Source of the DNA: Phoronis australis
Taxonomy: Eukaryota; Animalia; Phoronida
NCBI GenBank assembly: GCA_002633005.1
Contig: NMRA01000602.1
Coordinates: 1 to 64,000 of the forward strand
DNA length: 64,000 nucleotides
Reading direction: 5' to 3'
The position numbers and the translations under genes are program-made. Below are positions 52,414-64,000 of this stretch, one piece after another. Positions within the stretch are counted from its first letter, which is position 1. Each line of letters begins with the position of its first letter. The notes below the pieces were generated by a model, which had not been told where the DNA came from, ran no database searches, and saw nothing but the letters and a program-made list of their open reading frames with translations.

Positions 52414-52688
52414 NNNNNNNNNNNNNNNNNNNNNNNNNNNNNNNNNNNNNNNNNNNNNNNNNNNNNNNNNNNNNNNNNNNNNNNNNNNNNNNNNNNNNNN
52501 NNNNNNNNNNNNNNNNNNNNNNNNNNNNNNNNNNNNNNNNNNNNNNNNNNNNNNNNNNNNNNNNNNNNNNNNNNNNNNNNNNNNNNNNNNNNNNNNNNNN
52601 NNNNNNNNNNNNNNNNNNNNNNNNNNNNNNNNNNNNNNNNNNNNNNNNNNNNNNNNNNNNNNNNNNNNNNNNNNNNNNNNNNNNNNNN
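52414..52688. other. Assembly gap
   Basis: Run of N. Other N positions are 20043-20061, 31570, 43828, 55093 and 58201. Confidence 0.99.
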
Positions 52689-52721
52689 TGCCTGACTGCC
52701 TCCCTCCCTCCAAAACCACTA

Positions 52722-53532
52722 AACTAAAGATCTTGTTGTTAAAAACAATATGTGCTCAAAGTCTGTCCGAGTGTTAGCCAAAACTGACTTGATTTATCAG
52801 TTCAAGTGTCCCCACAACGAATGTATTCGTTCAAACACTGATTGCTCAATGTATGTTGGTTATACAACTTGCACTTTATCTCGCCGGTTATCTTTGCACC
52901 TACAGAATGGATCAATTAAAGGTCACTTCCAAACACTCCACAAACAGAAAATTTCTCGTTCACATATTGTTGATAATACCATCGTCAGGTATTTCGAACG
53001 TGAATTCTTTCGTTTGAAAATACTCGAAGCTTTACTAATAAAAACTGAAACACCTGATATAAATTCCCAAGATACTGAGTTCCATCGTACCTTGTCGTTA
53101 TATAAATAATGTCCATAAGTTGTAACACCTATGCATTTTATTAAATTTTACTATGTTACATAGTACAGTGTACATTTAATTTAGTTTCCATGACAATTCC
53201 TTCTGTAATTGCGTTCTTATGTATGCAACCTTATATTCGTGTTTAATGTCATTGTTCTTGTTTCACGTATCTTACACGGTAGCGTTTATGATTTTTAAAT
53301 TTATTTGCCTTTGATGACTGATGTATAGTCGAAGTACCGCTACTGTTTTATTATGATATGTTTTGTACAAAGTTTTATTATATATTTACTCATATGTATG
53401 TGTTCGTGATGCCACTTACACTGGGCGATCTATTATATCAACTACCATCCGATGAAAGACACTTGTGTAGACACTACGAAAGTTTGTTGTACAAGCTAAT
53501 TAAAGCAAGAACAGCTTACTTTTCAATGCAAC

Positions 53533-53540
<8 letters not shown>
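52722..53540 (+). mobile_element. 5'-truncated Penelope-like retroelement (Naiad-like): C-terminal GIY-YIG endonuclease plus pseudo-LTR, joined to (TA)n
   Basis: LIYQFKCPHNEC...YVGYTTCTLSRRLSLH...H...H...RLKILEALLI...PDINSQ ends at 53109. Downstream MPLTLGDLLYQLPSDERHLCRHYESLLYKLIKARTA resembles a PLE ORF N-terminus and runs into TA repeats. Confidence 0.85.
53307..53340 (+). ncRNA. Decayed minimal hammerhead-ribozyme-like motif in the PLE pseudo-LTR
   Basis: gcct-TTGAT-GACT-gatgtat-AGTC-GAA-GTAC has a 4-bp stem II, GAA and a palindromic GTAC at the expected position. The core deviates from CUGANGA/GAAA. Confidence 0.3.

Positions 53541-53579
<39 letters not shown>
53534..53579. repeat. (TA)n microsatellite at the PLE 3' junction
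   Basis: Directly visible. Confidence 0.95.
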
Positions 53580-53581
<2 letters not shown>

Positions 53582-53699
53582 TCAAAATATTTCTCCAATA
53601 ACAATAACACATTTCGTCAATAACCTTTTGATATTCCCTGTAACTTTCCTGCCAAAGAGGGTTTGGTCTCAAGGTGAGTGTTGAAAATTTTACACGTTT

Positions 53700-54370
53700 T
53701 GCCGAGCAGTGTCACCATTGATGACAACTTAAATGCAGTGAAGTACGCGAAGACGACATCCCGCAGCCAGTGGCAATCCCTAAATTTCAACCTATGGGAC
53801 ATAATCCCATCTTCCAAGATGATAACGCACGTCTCCACAGAGCCAAATTTGAGACAGACCAACTGCACCGCGCAGGAGTACAACAAATGGAATGGCCCGC
53901 ATGCAGCTCAGATTTGAACTCTATCAAACAACAATCAATGACGGGTTGTACGTGAGCAAATGACCAGCACAATGACTGCGGCTGATAAAAGGCGCTGACT
54001 CATAAGTGGAATGCCACCACACCGCAATGCGTCGCCAGGCCTGCACCATGGGAAGCAGGTGTATCGCTGTAATAACTGCGAGTGGTTCATCGATCGCCCC
54101 TAGTGAGAACATTATCATTGTCCATAAGTCGGACTATCAACACTGTCTATCAATCAGTTGTTCAGTAAATAAAACGTTGAAGCGTTGCCACATTGTCAAA
54201 GATTTTATTACCATGGAAACAGCAATGTTATCGTTTTGGAAAAAGCTGAAATGCTCAAACTTTAATACACGTGCAGCTGCAACTGAATTTTCAACTCTCA
54301 CTTTGAGACCAAGCTGTCCTAAGCAGCAAATTTACTAAACACATCCATATATTTATTGGCGGAATGTGAT
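53700..54370 (+). mobile_element. Tc1 (DD34E) transposase 3' relic
   Basis: IDDNLNAVKY..., IFQDDNARLHRA...MEWPACSSDLNSIK (34-aa spacing, with E mutated to K) and MGSRCIAVITASG. The right boundary is approximate. Confidence 0.8.
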
Positions 54371-54401
54371 ATCGTTAAAATATATAATATATATTTTTCA
54401 G

Positions 54402-54440
54402 GAAAGATTTACTTCATGGTTGCTTTGTCGACTGTCACGG
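54402..54440 (+). CDS. Candidate signal-peptide exon of the WSC gene (KIYFMVALSTVT); duplicate at 55429-55467 (MVALLTVT)
   Basis: tttttcag acceptor and G|gtatgt donor. The phase-1 end fits exon 60182, giving MVAL(L/S)TVTDFAAG-FW. Confidence 0.5.
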
Positions 54441-54733
54441 GTATGTATTATTCCGTTGTTAAAAGTATCAGCAGCCAATTAAGTTTAGAGTTGACGAAGC
54501 TTACGTTTTTGACACTATGACAGATCAGCATACAGATTTGTTTAAGTAGACAGGGTTGCGAATAGAAGCTTCCCTTTTAGTACAAATTCTTGAGTAGAAT
54601 TCACAACTTTTAATTTTCGTCGAATCAAGAGACTGATGAGCGTTGTGAACGCCCAAATTGTTACACCTTCTCAAATTGTCACTGCTTCAAAATTGTGACA
54701 ATTATGACCGAGATGCCAGAGATGGGTCTACAG

Positions 54734-54895
54734 CAGGCTGTAGTGGGACGTAGGCGCACGTAGGGGCAGCCAACCACCTTTTGGCATTTGAACGTACATG
54801 TAGCGCCTACGCACAGTAAGTTACGTTCAGAGCTCAAATGTGATACGGTGGGTTTTGGGCGCCTACTTGACTCTAATTTTACACCTACAGCACTG
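54734..54895 (-). mobile_element. Short hAT-type MITE (family of 17551-18211); duplicate at 55761-55922
   Basis: caggctgtagtgg...cctacagcactg ends, degenerate 8-bp TSD gtctacag/atctactg, and shared gcagccaaccacctt. Confidence 0.7.
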
Positions 54896-54946
54896 ATCTA
54901 CTGACTCAAACAATCACACATGTGAAAATTTTAGACGATGCAATAA

Positions 54947-55015
54947 CTTGGGCTCGAACCGAGCAAAATTGCTGCTCCTGATACAGACATTGATTTCACC
55001 GCTTAGACGCTCGGT
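54947..55015 (-). mobile_element. tRNA-derived SINE-head-like relic (duplicate near 55973-56042)
   Basis: Minus strand has accgagcgtctaag (A-box-like) and ggttcgagcc (B box). Confidence 0.4.
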
Positions 55016-56799
55016 TTTTGATAAAACTACAGTTTCACCACTGCCACTCTGTTAAGGTACTTTTACCGAGGAAACGATCCATCCTTTTTAGANCAAAGAA
55101 CAGCTTACTTTTCAATGCAACATATATAATTTTTGTATTATCATTGTCCATAAGTCGGACTATCACCACTGTCTATCAATCAGTTGTTCAGTAAATAAAA
55201 CGTTGAAGCGTTGCCACATTGTCAAAGATTTTATTACCATGGAAACAGCAATGTTATTGTTCTGGAAAAAAACTTAAATGCTCAAACTTTAATGCACGTG
55301 CAGCTGCAACTGAATTTTCCACTCTCACTTTGAGACCAAGCTGTCCTAAGCAGCAAATTTACTAAACACATCCATATATTTATTGGCGGAATGTGATATC
55401 GTTAAAATATATAATATCTATTTTTCAGGAAAGATTTACTTCATGGTTGCTTTGTTGACTGTCACGGGTATGTATTATTCCGTTGTTAAAAGTATCAGCA
55501 GCCAATTAAGTTTAGAGTTGACGAAGCTTACGTTTTTGACACTATGACAGATCAGCATACAGATTTGTTTAAGTATACAGGGTTGCGAATAGAAGCTTCC
55601 CTTTTAGTACAAATTCTTGAGTAGAATTCACAACTTTTAATTTTCGTCGAATCAAGAGACTGATGAGCGTTGTGAACGCCCAAATTGTTACACCTTCTCA
55701 AATTGTCACTGCTTCAAAATTGTGACAATTATGACCGAGATGCCAGAGATGGGTCTACAGCAGGCTGTAGTGGGACGTAGGCGCACGTAGGGGCAGCCAA
55801 CCACCTTTTGGCATTTGAACGTACATGTAGCGCCTACGCACAGTAAGTTACGTTCAGAGCTCAAATGTGATACGGTGGGTTTTGGGCGCCTACTTGACTC
55901 TAATTTTACACCTACAGCACTGATCTACTGACTCAAACAATCACACATGTGAAAATTTTAGACGATGCAATAACTTGGGCTCGAACCGAGCAAAATTGCT
56001 GCTCCTGATACAGACATTGATTTCACCGCTTAGACGCTCGGTTTTTGATAAAACTACAGTTTCACCACTGCCACTCTGTTAAGGTACTTTTACCGAGGAA
56101 ACGATCCATCCTTTTTAGAGGTATTGGAACGTCACCAATGAAAACACCCGATTCTACCATTAAGCTGGTACAGATTTTGACAAGATAATTTCGGGTTACT
56201 TTAGGGGGCTTTATAGTTTTGGTGGTTTTAATGTCATTAAGTGACAAAAGTTTCCCAAGGTTTGGCTTGTACGTTTTCGAGAAATTTTACCTAAAACTTT
56301 TGATACTTTGCAAAATTTGAAGTAGAAATTATTCTCTAAAAAATAACAACATTGAGCAAAAACTAAATGATAATTTCCTTTGATTGTGTTTATTTCACGT
56401 TACTAGACAAGAAAAGTTATACAAATTCTGAAAATAGATGGAAAAGTATTTAACAATAAGAATATATTGTATTTGGCTGAGCTCATATCAAAATACTAAA
56501 ATTTTTGACCATTTGGAGATTGGTATTTAAGTATTTTAATAATTTAAAAATTTCTAAATCAAATAATGAATAACTTAACATTTTCAGTGCTTTTTCAACC
56601 AACATCACTTTCATTATAATGTGATTGTATGCTTCGTTAGCTGTAAGTGGTGAGTTACTGTGGATTTTACACGCACAGGGCTCATTGTTCTTCACGTGTT
56701 GGTCAGGTTTGGGACTAAACTTCTCGTTATGACCAATTAGCAAAGGCGCCACTAAACAGTTACATTCATCAGATGTAAGAAGTATATTTCTCGACGTTG

Positions 56800-58200
56800 A
56801 ATGCGTTGAAAGTTTTAGTACATTGTTGATATAAATTTGTCAAAACAATGTTTGCGCGACCAAGCATGCACTGAATGACAAAGTCAATGCATTCTGAAAC
56901 CAAAACCGAGAACACATATACTTTTCAAAAATAGAAAAGCTTATGTTTTACAAAGATTTCACGACAAGAACGATCTGTTTTGCTCAGTTACTTTCGGGTG
57001 AACTAGCATTAATGGTAGTAGTCCAATGCTTTGGAGATTTAGCTGAAAATGAAATAATTTGTCCTATGTTTGAGAAAGAACCAGAGATTAAATTCCTTCT
57101 ATCATGTCCAAAATTTAATGACGAACGTGCAGGTTTCATAGCTAAGACGGATAGTTCTAAGAACCCCTCGACCCCACACCCCACGACCCCTTCAACAAAC
57201 GACCCCTCGACCCACGACCCACGAGCCCCTCGACACGCGCCCAAAACCCCCTCGACACAGTATACACAAGCTATAGATATGAACACATAACAAGTGCTGA
57301 CTCGCAGGACCAACGAGTCGGGCCGTGATGATCTCGGGTAGGCTTTCCCTGTTTTTGTAATTAAGAGAGTCGATTTTGAAAGCCAAAAACAGAAAAACAA
57401 GATAAAATCAAATCTAAGACCTACCAATATTACCAATGGCAAATTGTCATAGTCTCGACAGCTATTCAGGGAATGAAGCGTGTTACGAACCGTCCAATAT
57501 GTAATTTCTTTAGTAGATGTAGTTAACTAAAAATTATCTCAACGTTTCATGGAATGTAATGTGAACGAGTATACAAGAGAACGCAAATGATTAAATGTGA
57601 TAATAAATAATGTGCCCATTAACGTTAACAAATTCTCTCCTTAAATGTACAGTGTAGTAGAACAGGGCCATTGGTAGCCGCTAGTGGAACTATTTCCGTG
57701 ACAACGAAAGCACGCCCACAATTCGCTATGTCAGATCATGTTCTTACGCCACTTTCTGCTTTTAACCACCTGACGTGAGTCAGAGCAGATTTGCGTGAAG
57801 GCAAGTCTTATGGGAAAGTCATTCAGCGACGCAATATGATTATGAAATGTGTAAAAAACGCAAAGATAATCTTTTGCCACAGGTGGTGCGTCGAGGGGGT
57901 TGTGGGTCGAGGGGATCGTGGGTTGTGGGATTGAGGGGGTTTCAGAACAATCCTGCTGAATACAATGTTGAATTTTATAAAAAACTGGTTCCCATAAATT
58001 GGCTTTCATCGTGAACAACGAACTGTCGTTGAAACATGGCGTGGATTTCGTGTGTAAGATCTTTTAAATTAGAGAGAACATATAATATACATAGCAATAT
58101 GTGTGATATACTGTGATCATTAATTTGTTTGAACTGATTTTTAAGTCCATGCCGGTGGGTCTCGCTTTAGTTGAAACATGTCATTATAATGAAATAAACT
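56800..58200 (+). mobile_element. RTE-X-like LINE 3' relic interrupted by a MULE-type element
   Basis: FAQLLSGELAL...EIICPMF...EIKFLLSCPKFNDERAGFI resumes after 57953 as KLAFIVNN...FVCKIF*IRENI, followed by a short UTR with aataaa. Confidence 0.6.
57149..57953 (-). mobile_element. MULE/Foldback-type element, inverted relative of 34791-35604
   Basis: ggatagttctaagaacccctcg ... gggtttcagaacaatcc termini. The interior aligns in reverse to the 34.8-35.6 kb copy. TSD is degraded. Confidence 0.8.
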
Positions 58201-58819
58201 NATTAAATGTGATAATAAATAATGTGCCCATTAACGATAACAAACTCTCTCCTTAAATGTACAATGTAGTAGAACAGGGCCATTGGTAGCCGACAGTGGA
58301 ACTATTTCCATGACAACGAAAGCACGCCCACGATTCGCTATGTCAGATCATGTACTTACGCCACTTTCTGCTTTTAACCATCTGACGTGAGTCAGAGCAG
58401 ATTTGCGTGAAGGCAAGTCCTACATGTATGGAATAGTCATTCAGCGACGCAATATGATTATGAAATGTGTAAAAAACACAAAGATAATCTTTTGCCACAG
58501 GTGGTGCGTCGAGGGGGTTGTGGGTCGAGGGGATCGTGGGTTGTGGGATTGAGGGGGTTTCAGAACAATCCTGCTGAATACAATGTTGAATTTTATAGGA
58601 AAACTGGTTCCCATAAATTGGCTTTCATCGTGAACAACGAACTGTCGTTGAAACATGGCGTGGATTTCGTGTGTAAGATCTTTTAAATTAGAGAGAACAT
58701 ATAATATACATAGCAATATGTGTGATATACTGTGATCATTAATTTGTTTGAACTGATTTTTAAGTCCATGCCGGTGGGTCTCGCTTTAGTTGAAACATGT
58801 CATTATAATGAAATAAACT
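57590..58819 (+). repeat. Apparent ~0.61-kb direct duplication (57590-58200 vs 58202-58819) joined through N58201
   Basis: Near-identical copies separated by a single N. Confidence 0.9.
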
Positions 58820-60181
58820 AGCATAACCAATTACGAAACATATTTTATTTCACAAAATTACCAAAAACTTACTCATCAAAATTTCTATAGACCGATGAAG
58901 TTTCTATAAAAGGAAGGAGTATCCGGTACTACGGAACTTTAGGACTGTAGAAGTAACGAGCCATACGACCTTTAGACAATAGACTTTCGGTAAATGGAAT
59001 CCTTGAACTTTTATTGCCTTCGGAATGCACAGCATTTGATGTTGTTTTTTCCTAGTGTTGTTTGAAATATTTTGAACTTTAAAATCTTTGGCTAGATCAA
59101 CTTCTGGACTATGGAGACCTACTCAGTATTTGCAGTGATTTACCTGTTGGGAGATTACGATCAAGTTTTTGTAACCAGCACTTATCATAGTAACAATTCG
59201 TATGTGATTCAATCAATCAAATGGTCTTAATATGGGAACACGACTTGTCACTAATTTTGCAATTGGTGTCGTATTTATATTTTTTGACTCAACTACAAAA
59301 ACGAAAACTAGTTGGGTTAAATTTCGCTATATCTAAAATAAACAAATCAAACAATTCGTCACAACTAAACATCCAAGCGTTCTACATATTTGAACTTCGT
59401 TTACTGACTTATTATCAACTATAGTTATTTTATTGTGAAAAGCGTTGTTAACGCATAGTCTGCCGCCCAGCAGATGTTAGCTGAAAAAGGTTATAGTTCG
59501 TGAGTGGCGACGGAGTCCACAGGTTACGAGAAACGGAAATCTTTTTATCGCCTTATCTTCCAAGCAAAATCGTTTCAGATGTAGTATGTCTTTTGCTGTG
59601 GAATGGTATCCACTCCGTACACATGTTTTTTAATGTAGCCTCTATTCTCTGCGCGATGACCCCTGGTTACCTCATGTTCAAAACCTTATTAAAATGAATG
59701 AATTGCAATGGCATTTTCTAGCCTAGGGTAGAAGGACCGTATTTAAACCATCAAGTCATTTTCTTCTGCTAGTCATTTATAATTCACTAAAGTTGGCGTT
59801 GCCACCCATCAAAATTAATTTATTCCCAAAATCAAAGAGATTCAATTTTACAGAAGCTGCTAGTCTTTCAGATTTTTTCCCTTATTAATCATTCTACCTT
59901 TGTTTTTAAATAAACTATATGTCAAGAAATGTGATATACTATGTTCCTCCTTTTGCATTGTGTTCTCGTGCAGTCACACGTTCTTCAGCCAGTAAAAAAA
60001 TGTCACAGTAGTTGCTCAGTTCCAATGTTGTAAAGTCCAAGTTATTCATGAAACACACTTAAAACGAGAGTCTACCTTACGATCGAAAAGCATCATTGAC
60101 TTCATAACCGTGGTCACATCTGACATTTATCAGTACAGACTGAATTACAAAAAAAAAAACGTGACAAAACTTGTTTTGCAG

Positions 60182-60502
60182 ATTTCGCCGCCGGTTTTTG
60201 GGAACCATTCCCGGCATCTATACATCCAGATGCAATCGGCTGCTTCAAATCAGGCAAACCTTTAGACTATGTTTTGTTTCGCAGTACAGAAAACACGCCT
60301 CAGCTGTGTTTAGAATCTTGCGAAGAGCGATGGTTTGCATGTTCTGCTGTTCAGAACGGAAGTATGTGCTTGTGTGGTAACACATGCAATGTTCGATCGC
60401 GTGTTCCTATCGCCGAGTGTAATGCACCATGTCCAGGAGATCGCCAGCTTCATTGTGGAGGGTTCGAAAGAAATCTTCTCATAAATACAGACTACTATGA
60501 CG
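60182..60502 (+). CDS. WSC-domain gene, exon encoding WSC domain 1
   Basis: ttttgcag / G|gtaag, 321 nt, phase 1-1. IGCF...NTPQLCLESC...SAVQNGSMCLCGN...ECNAPCPGD...CGG fits the WSC Cys pattern. Confidence 0.9.
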
Positions 60503-61955
60503 GTAAGATATATATATATATATCCCGGCCTGTTTTCCATGTTTTTTAGATGCAACAAGTTTGAATAGTCTGCATTAATCTAAAAACCATGAGTACCCTT
60601 GCATTTTTTGGATTATGGAGTCGGTAGTGCGCTCTATTTCGAAAGAGAAATACACCTTAGGCGAGTAAAACAATGCGTGATTTTTTCATATGTGACAAGC
60701 TCAGATGTGACGGAGCCGAAAGGCACTAGTACCAGTGCACGAAATTACCCCTCTTTATCCCCATTGGTAACAAAATGCATGGAAGCGGCGTCACAATGGA
60801 GAATGCTAAAACACATTTCGGTAACAAAATATTATGTTACCGTCAGAATAGTGTTTTTTTAAGTATAGTTTCCTAGCTAACCCCTTCCACCTGGACTCAT
60901 AGAACTATAGCCCTGGAATGCAATCTCGCGCCGTTGAAGTGTCGCTGGGCATACATGGCGTTTGTTTGCATTCGTTTGTACTGGTTTTGGTTATTCCTAT
61001 AAAATTTGCTCTCACTAAAATCATCGCAAATGCGCCGTTTTTGCAACCGCATAGCATATGAGTCATATACATGTACTTATTAAATTTTCAATATTTGAGG
61101 TTGACCAAGTCAAAATGGCGGCGACTACGGGTTAAAGGATTACATTGCGAATTACTCTGAAAGTGAAGTTTCTAATATAAAAGTTTCAATGAATTTGAAT
61201 ATAATTGCTTTGTATGAAAAGATCAAGCTTATGTGTGTCGTAACGTTTCCATGTATTTTGCACCAAATTAAGCGGCCTACTGTCGCCGATTCCTGTACGG
61301 GACACACACTCGACGGTGACCCGTATCGCAATCGCACAGACTTAACTTTCTGGTTCAAGAAGACATGAATGCAAAGTTCATAACATCAAAGTTTTTGTAT
61401 CAAGCAAACTGCCCCTTACAATACACGTGGTGGAATTGCCTGATAACAATACGGACGAAGAGTTTTGTTTTTCCGGCGGTTTCGGCGACCCCAGTAACCC
61501 TACCGGGGATTCCCATAAGGGCTCATATTAGAACGTGTGCCAAACAGTTGAATAAACAATTCTAAAGATGATGATTGTGATCAATTTTAATATTAATTGA
61601 CATAACATGTACACTTATTGTGTTTTCTTGATTTTCCACATATTTTGCACTAAATTAAATGGCCAGTCATCGCTGATTCCAATACCATGGCGAAACGGTG
61701 AAAGCGAAATTACTGTAACGATGATGTCATAGACTTCGATTATTGCAAGCGCCAACTGAATTTTTTTGGCGCTAAATGGGGTTCGTGACAGGCTATTGCA
61801 TAACTTAATTAACGACTGGGGTATGCTATGACTCCGTATGTTGATGTTTTTCGTCAATAAAGGCATTTTAGATATAAAAATAGTCATTTTGGCACCATAT
61901 TAGGCCTTCAAGCGAGGTATTTGACAAGGAAACAAAACATTTGTCTTGTTTTCAG

Positions 61956-62240
61956 CTCGTGTGTTTGACGCTAACTCATGTTGGATAAAAGAGAGCGGCA
62001 GGCGCTTTGGGCAACTGGTTTACCGGGGAGATCAAAACACACGTGCTTATTGCCGATCTGTTTGTGGTGCTTTTCATAAAAAGATATCTGCAGTCCACAA
62101 TGGTAATGAATGTTGGTGTGGTAACAGCACATTTAGATACAGTCTACCGCCTGGTAAATGCAACACTCCGTGTAGCGGTGATACTGCGGAAAGTTGTGGC
62201 GGCCCAGTCGCTGTGTATATGATGCTATCAGAACGAAAAG
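61956..62240 (+). CDS. WSC-domain gene, exon encoding WSC domain 2
   Basis: ttttcag / G|gtaag, 285 nt, phase 1-1. SCW...NTRAYCRSVC...AVHNGNECWCGN...CNTPCSGDTAESCGG. Confidence 0.9.
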
Positions 62241-62373
62241 GTAAGGCCTAAGGAATTTCATTTTGTAAGTATTCCAGCACACCAGATTTACTTACAATAT
62301 TTTGAACTTTCCTGGATGGATCAACATCTACATTTCATTATCGTGAACCATAATTTCCCTTTTGAAACATTAG

Positions 62374-62600
62374 ACTGTGTGAATGTGTGTCCCTGTAGTC
62401 CATATGAGCCCTTTAAATCAGTAAGGTTTCCAGACACAGATGACGATCATGATACGCTGTACGCGGTACGACACCGCGCATTTCTCAGTGACGCCACCAG
62501 AATTGATGCTGCCAAAGCGAAAGATAGTGCTCAGACAGTCTCCGAGGTAGAAGTCAAAACAGATGCCCGGAAGTGGGATACTGCTGGCAGACAAAATTAA
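62374..62600 (+). CDS. WSC-domain gene, probable terminal exon (DCVNVCPCSPYEPFKS...WDTAGRQN*)
   Basis: The tag acceptor is in phase 1 and the frame is open to TAA 62600. An internal gtaagg donor at 62421 is an alternative end. Confidence 0.55.
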
Positions 62601-64000
62601 AGATCGAAACCATTTGAAAAATCCCATTTACGATCAATGAACGCTGTTTGATACCTTTGGCAATTTTTTAAACATTCTGTTAGAATCATTTTTATTTCAA
62701 ATTCCCTGGATGGAACGCCTTTTCAGACCAATTTATCTGGTTGTTGACAAACTATCTTACTAGCTCCCACGCAGTCCCAAAAGTGCATGACCTGAGACCT
62801 ACTGTAAGTCAATTGTCCCACCTCATTTACAGTAATGGCTCCATGCATAACAACTTCCCTAAAGCAAATCTTCCACAGGTTATGTGGCCGGTAAATGATG
62901 GTTTACGTGTCGTGAGCACCAAACCTTTCAACACCAACATCCATATCGACGTTGACGGATCCCTTGTCCACCTAAATCCTGCAATGTTTTTTGATGTTCG
63001 TGAATAATGTACATACAGCAACTAAGACGCATAAGAGACGTTTTTCTATGAATGTCTTGATCAATATCCAGTGCCTAATCAATCTGACCGAGTGCAAATA
63101 ATTGCTGTAAATCGCAACCATGGTCAAATTCATGCCAATATCATATGAGCAATTACTTTGCTGATCTGATAACCGGTAATTGACAAATTAATTAATATTA
63201 GTTTATCATGCACAAACACAGCCTAAAATAGGTTTGGGCTCATTTTTTTGAAAATATGAACCTTTTACTAAGATTCATGGGATACGTTCAGAGATATGAT
63301 ATGTTCATTCGCCGAATTTTGGTAGTTCTTGCTTTTTTGGTGGACTTTTGTCTCGTTCGCTACTTTCTTTGGAGATTTTGTTTCTCTGAGGCGGACCGTT
63401 TTGACCACTTCGCCAAATATGGAGGGGGGCTTGTTCGAACCCCCCCAAGCTACCCCCTGGATGTTTGCATGTTTATAAAGGACTTTTTAATGATCACTAT
63501 GTATGCACACTCCCGAAATACATGCATTTGGAGTGTATTCATTACATGGGCGACAGGAAAAAATGCCACCTCTTATTTATCAGCCTCGTGAAGCCAAACC
63601 AAGGTGTTGCTGAAAACAGTCTGCATCCATAAAGTCGAGTTACTTGACAATAACTATGAATGAGCTGTTGTTTAGCGCGCAACTGGGGAAAATGTGAGAT
63701 TAATTTGTATTTTAGAAGCCATTAAGTGCTGCATTAATTTTACTACAGTGTCCTTTTAAGGCGAAAGTTTGAAGATCATTTGTCCGGTTACAAAAAATGT
63801 GACACTGCAGTATAAAAACAACCTTCATAACCATTTGGCATTCATGTTCCATGTTTGCAAAGAAGTCGAAACTCGTGTTACTTGGTGGTAGTGACATGAT
63901 TCCATGTCCGTGACCGAACATGGGAATCATCCACAACTCAAGAAGACAAGCTTTAGTTTTTATTGGGGTCATTGACTGTAGTTCTTAAATACAGAGCTTG

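Larger units (their letters stand above)
54110..56119 (+). repeat. Apparent ~0.98-kb direct duplication (54110-55092 vs 55137-56119) joined through N55093
   Basis: Near-identical collinear copies with a single N between them. Confidence 0.9.

Noticed and set aside
52397-52777. ORFs spanning the N-run
   Set aside because: Artefacts of the assembly gap.
53110-53300. SECIS element after the PLE stop codon
   Set aside because: ATGA at ~53190 has no matching GA quartet or stem, and the visible ORF has no in-frame TGA.
54631-54660. Hammerhead ribozyme CTGATGA-GCGTT-gtg-AACGC (also ~55660)
   Set aside because: It is followed by CCAAA instead of GAAA, and stems I and III cannot be formed.

Overview
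AT-rich, transposon-dense eukaryotic DNA with GT-AG introns, (TA)n microsatellites and assembly N-gaps. It is most likely a marine invertebrate draft assembly, inferred from the gene and TE families present. I found no prokaryotic operons, CRISPR arrays, rRNA or intact tRNA. Genes rebuilt by hand from splice sites and phases: (1) a minus-strand secreted MAM-domain gene (exons 21980-21873, a 19-nt microexon 17209-17191, 16155-16064, 15502-15379 and 12833-12655; 3' end unresolved); (2) a frameshifted DUF229 pseudogene (~8922-10200); (3) a single-exon fibrinogen C-terminal (FReD) domain (32832-33605); (4) a type II membrane, DxD-containing putative GT-A glycosyltransferase (41575-41838 plus 45185-45956); (5) a secreted 2xWSC-domain gene (~54402/55429-62600). 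Mobile elements include two Gypsy relics, a DD41D-like mariner with a nested 5-bp-TSD MITE, a Tc1 DD34E relic, a Naiad-like Penelope 3' end joined to (TA)n, a Helitron-like unit with a duplicated 3' end, hAT- and MULE-type MITEs, a THAP-bearing probable Kolobok, a RecQ/AcademH-like relic and LINE remnants. Three apparent tandem duplications are each joined by a single N and are probably uncollapsed haplotypes. I see no convincing novel multi-gene system. The best leads are an unassigned structured ~270-nt unit next to (TA)n, the Penelope pseudo-LTR with a decayed hammerhead-like motif, the uncharacterised glycosyltransferase-like gene and the copy-specific insertion that breaks it.
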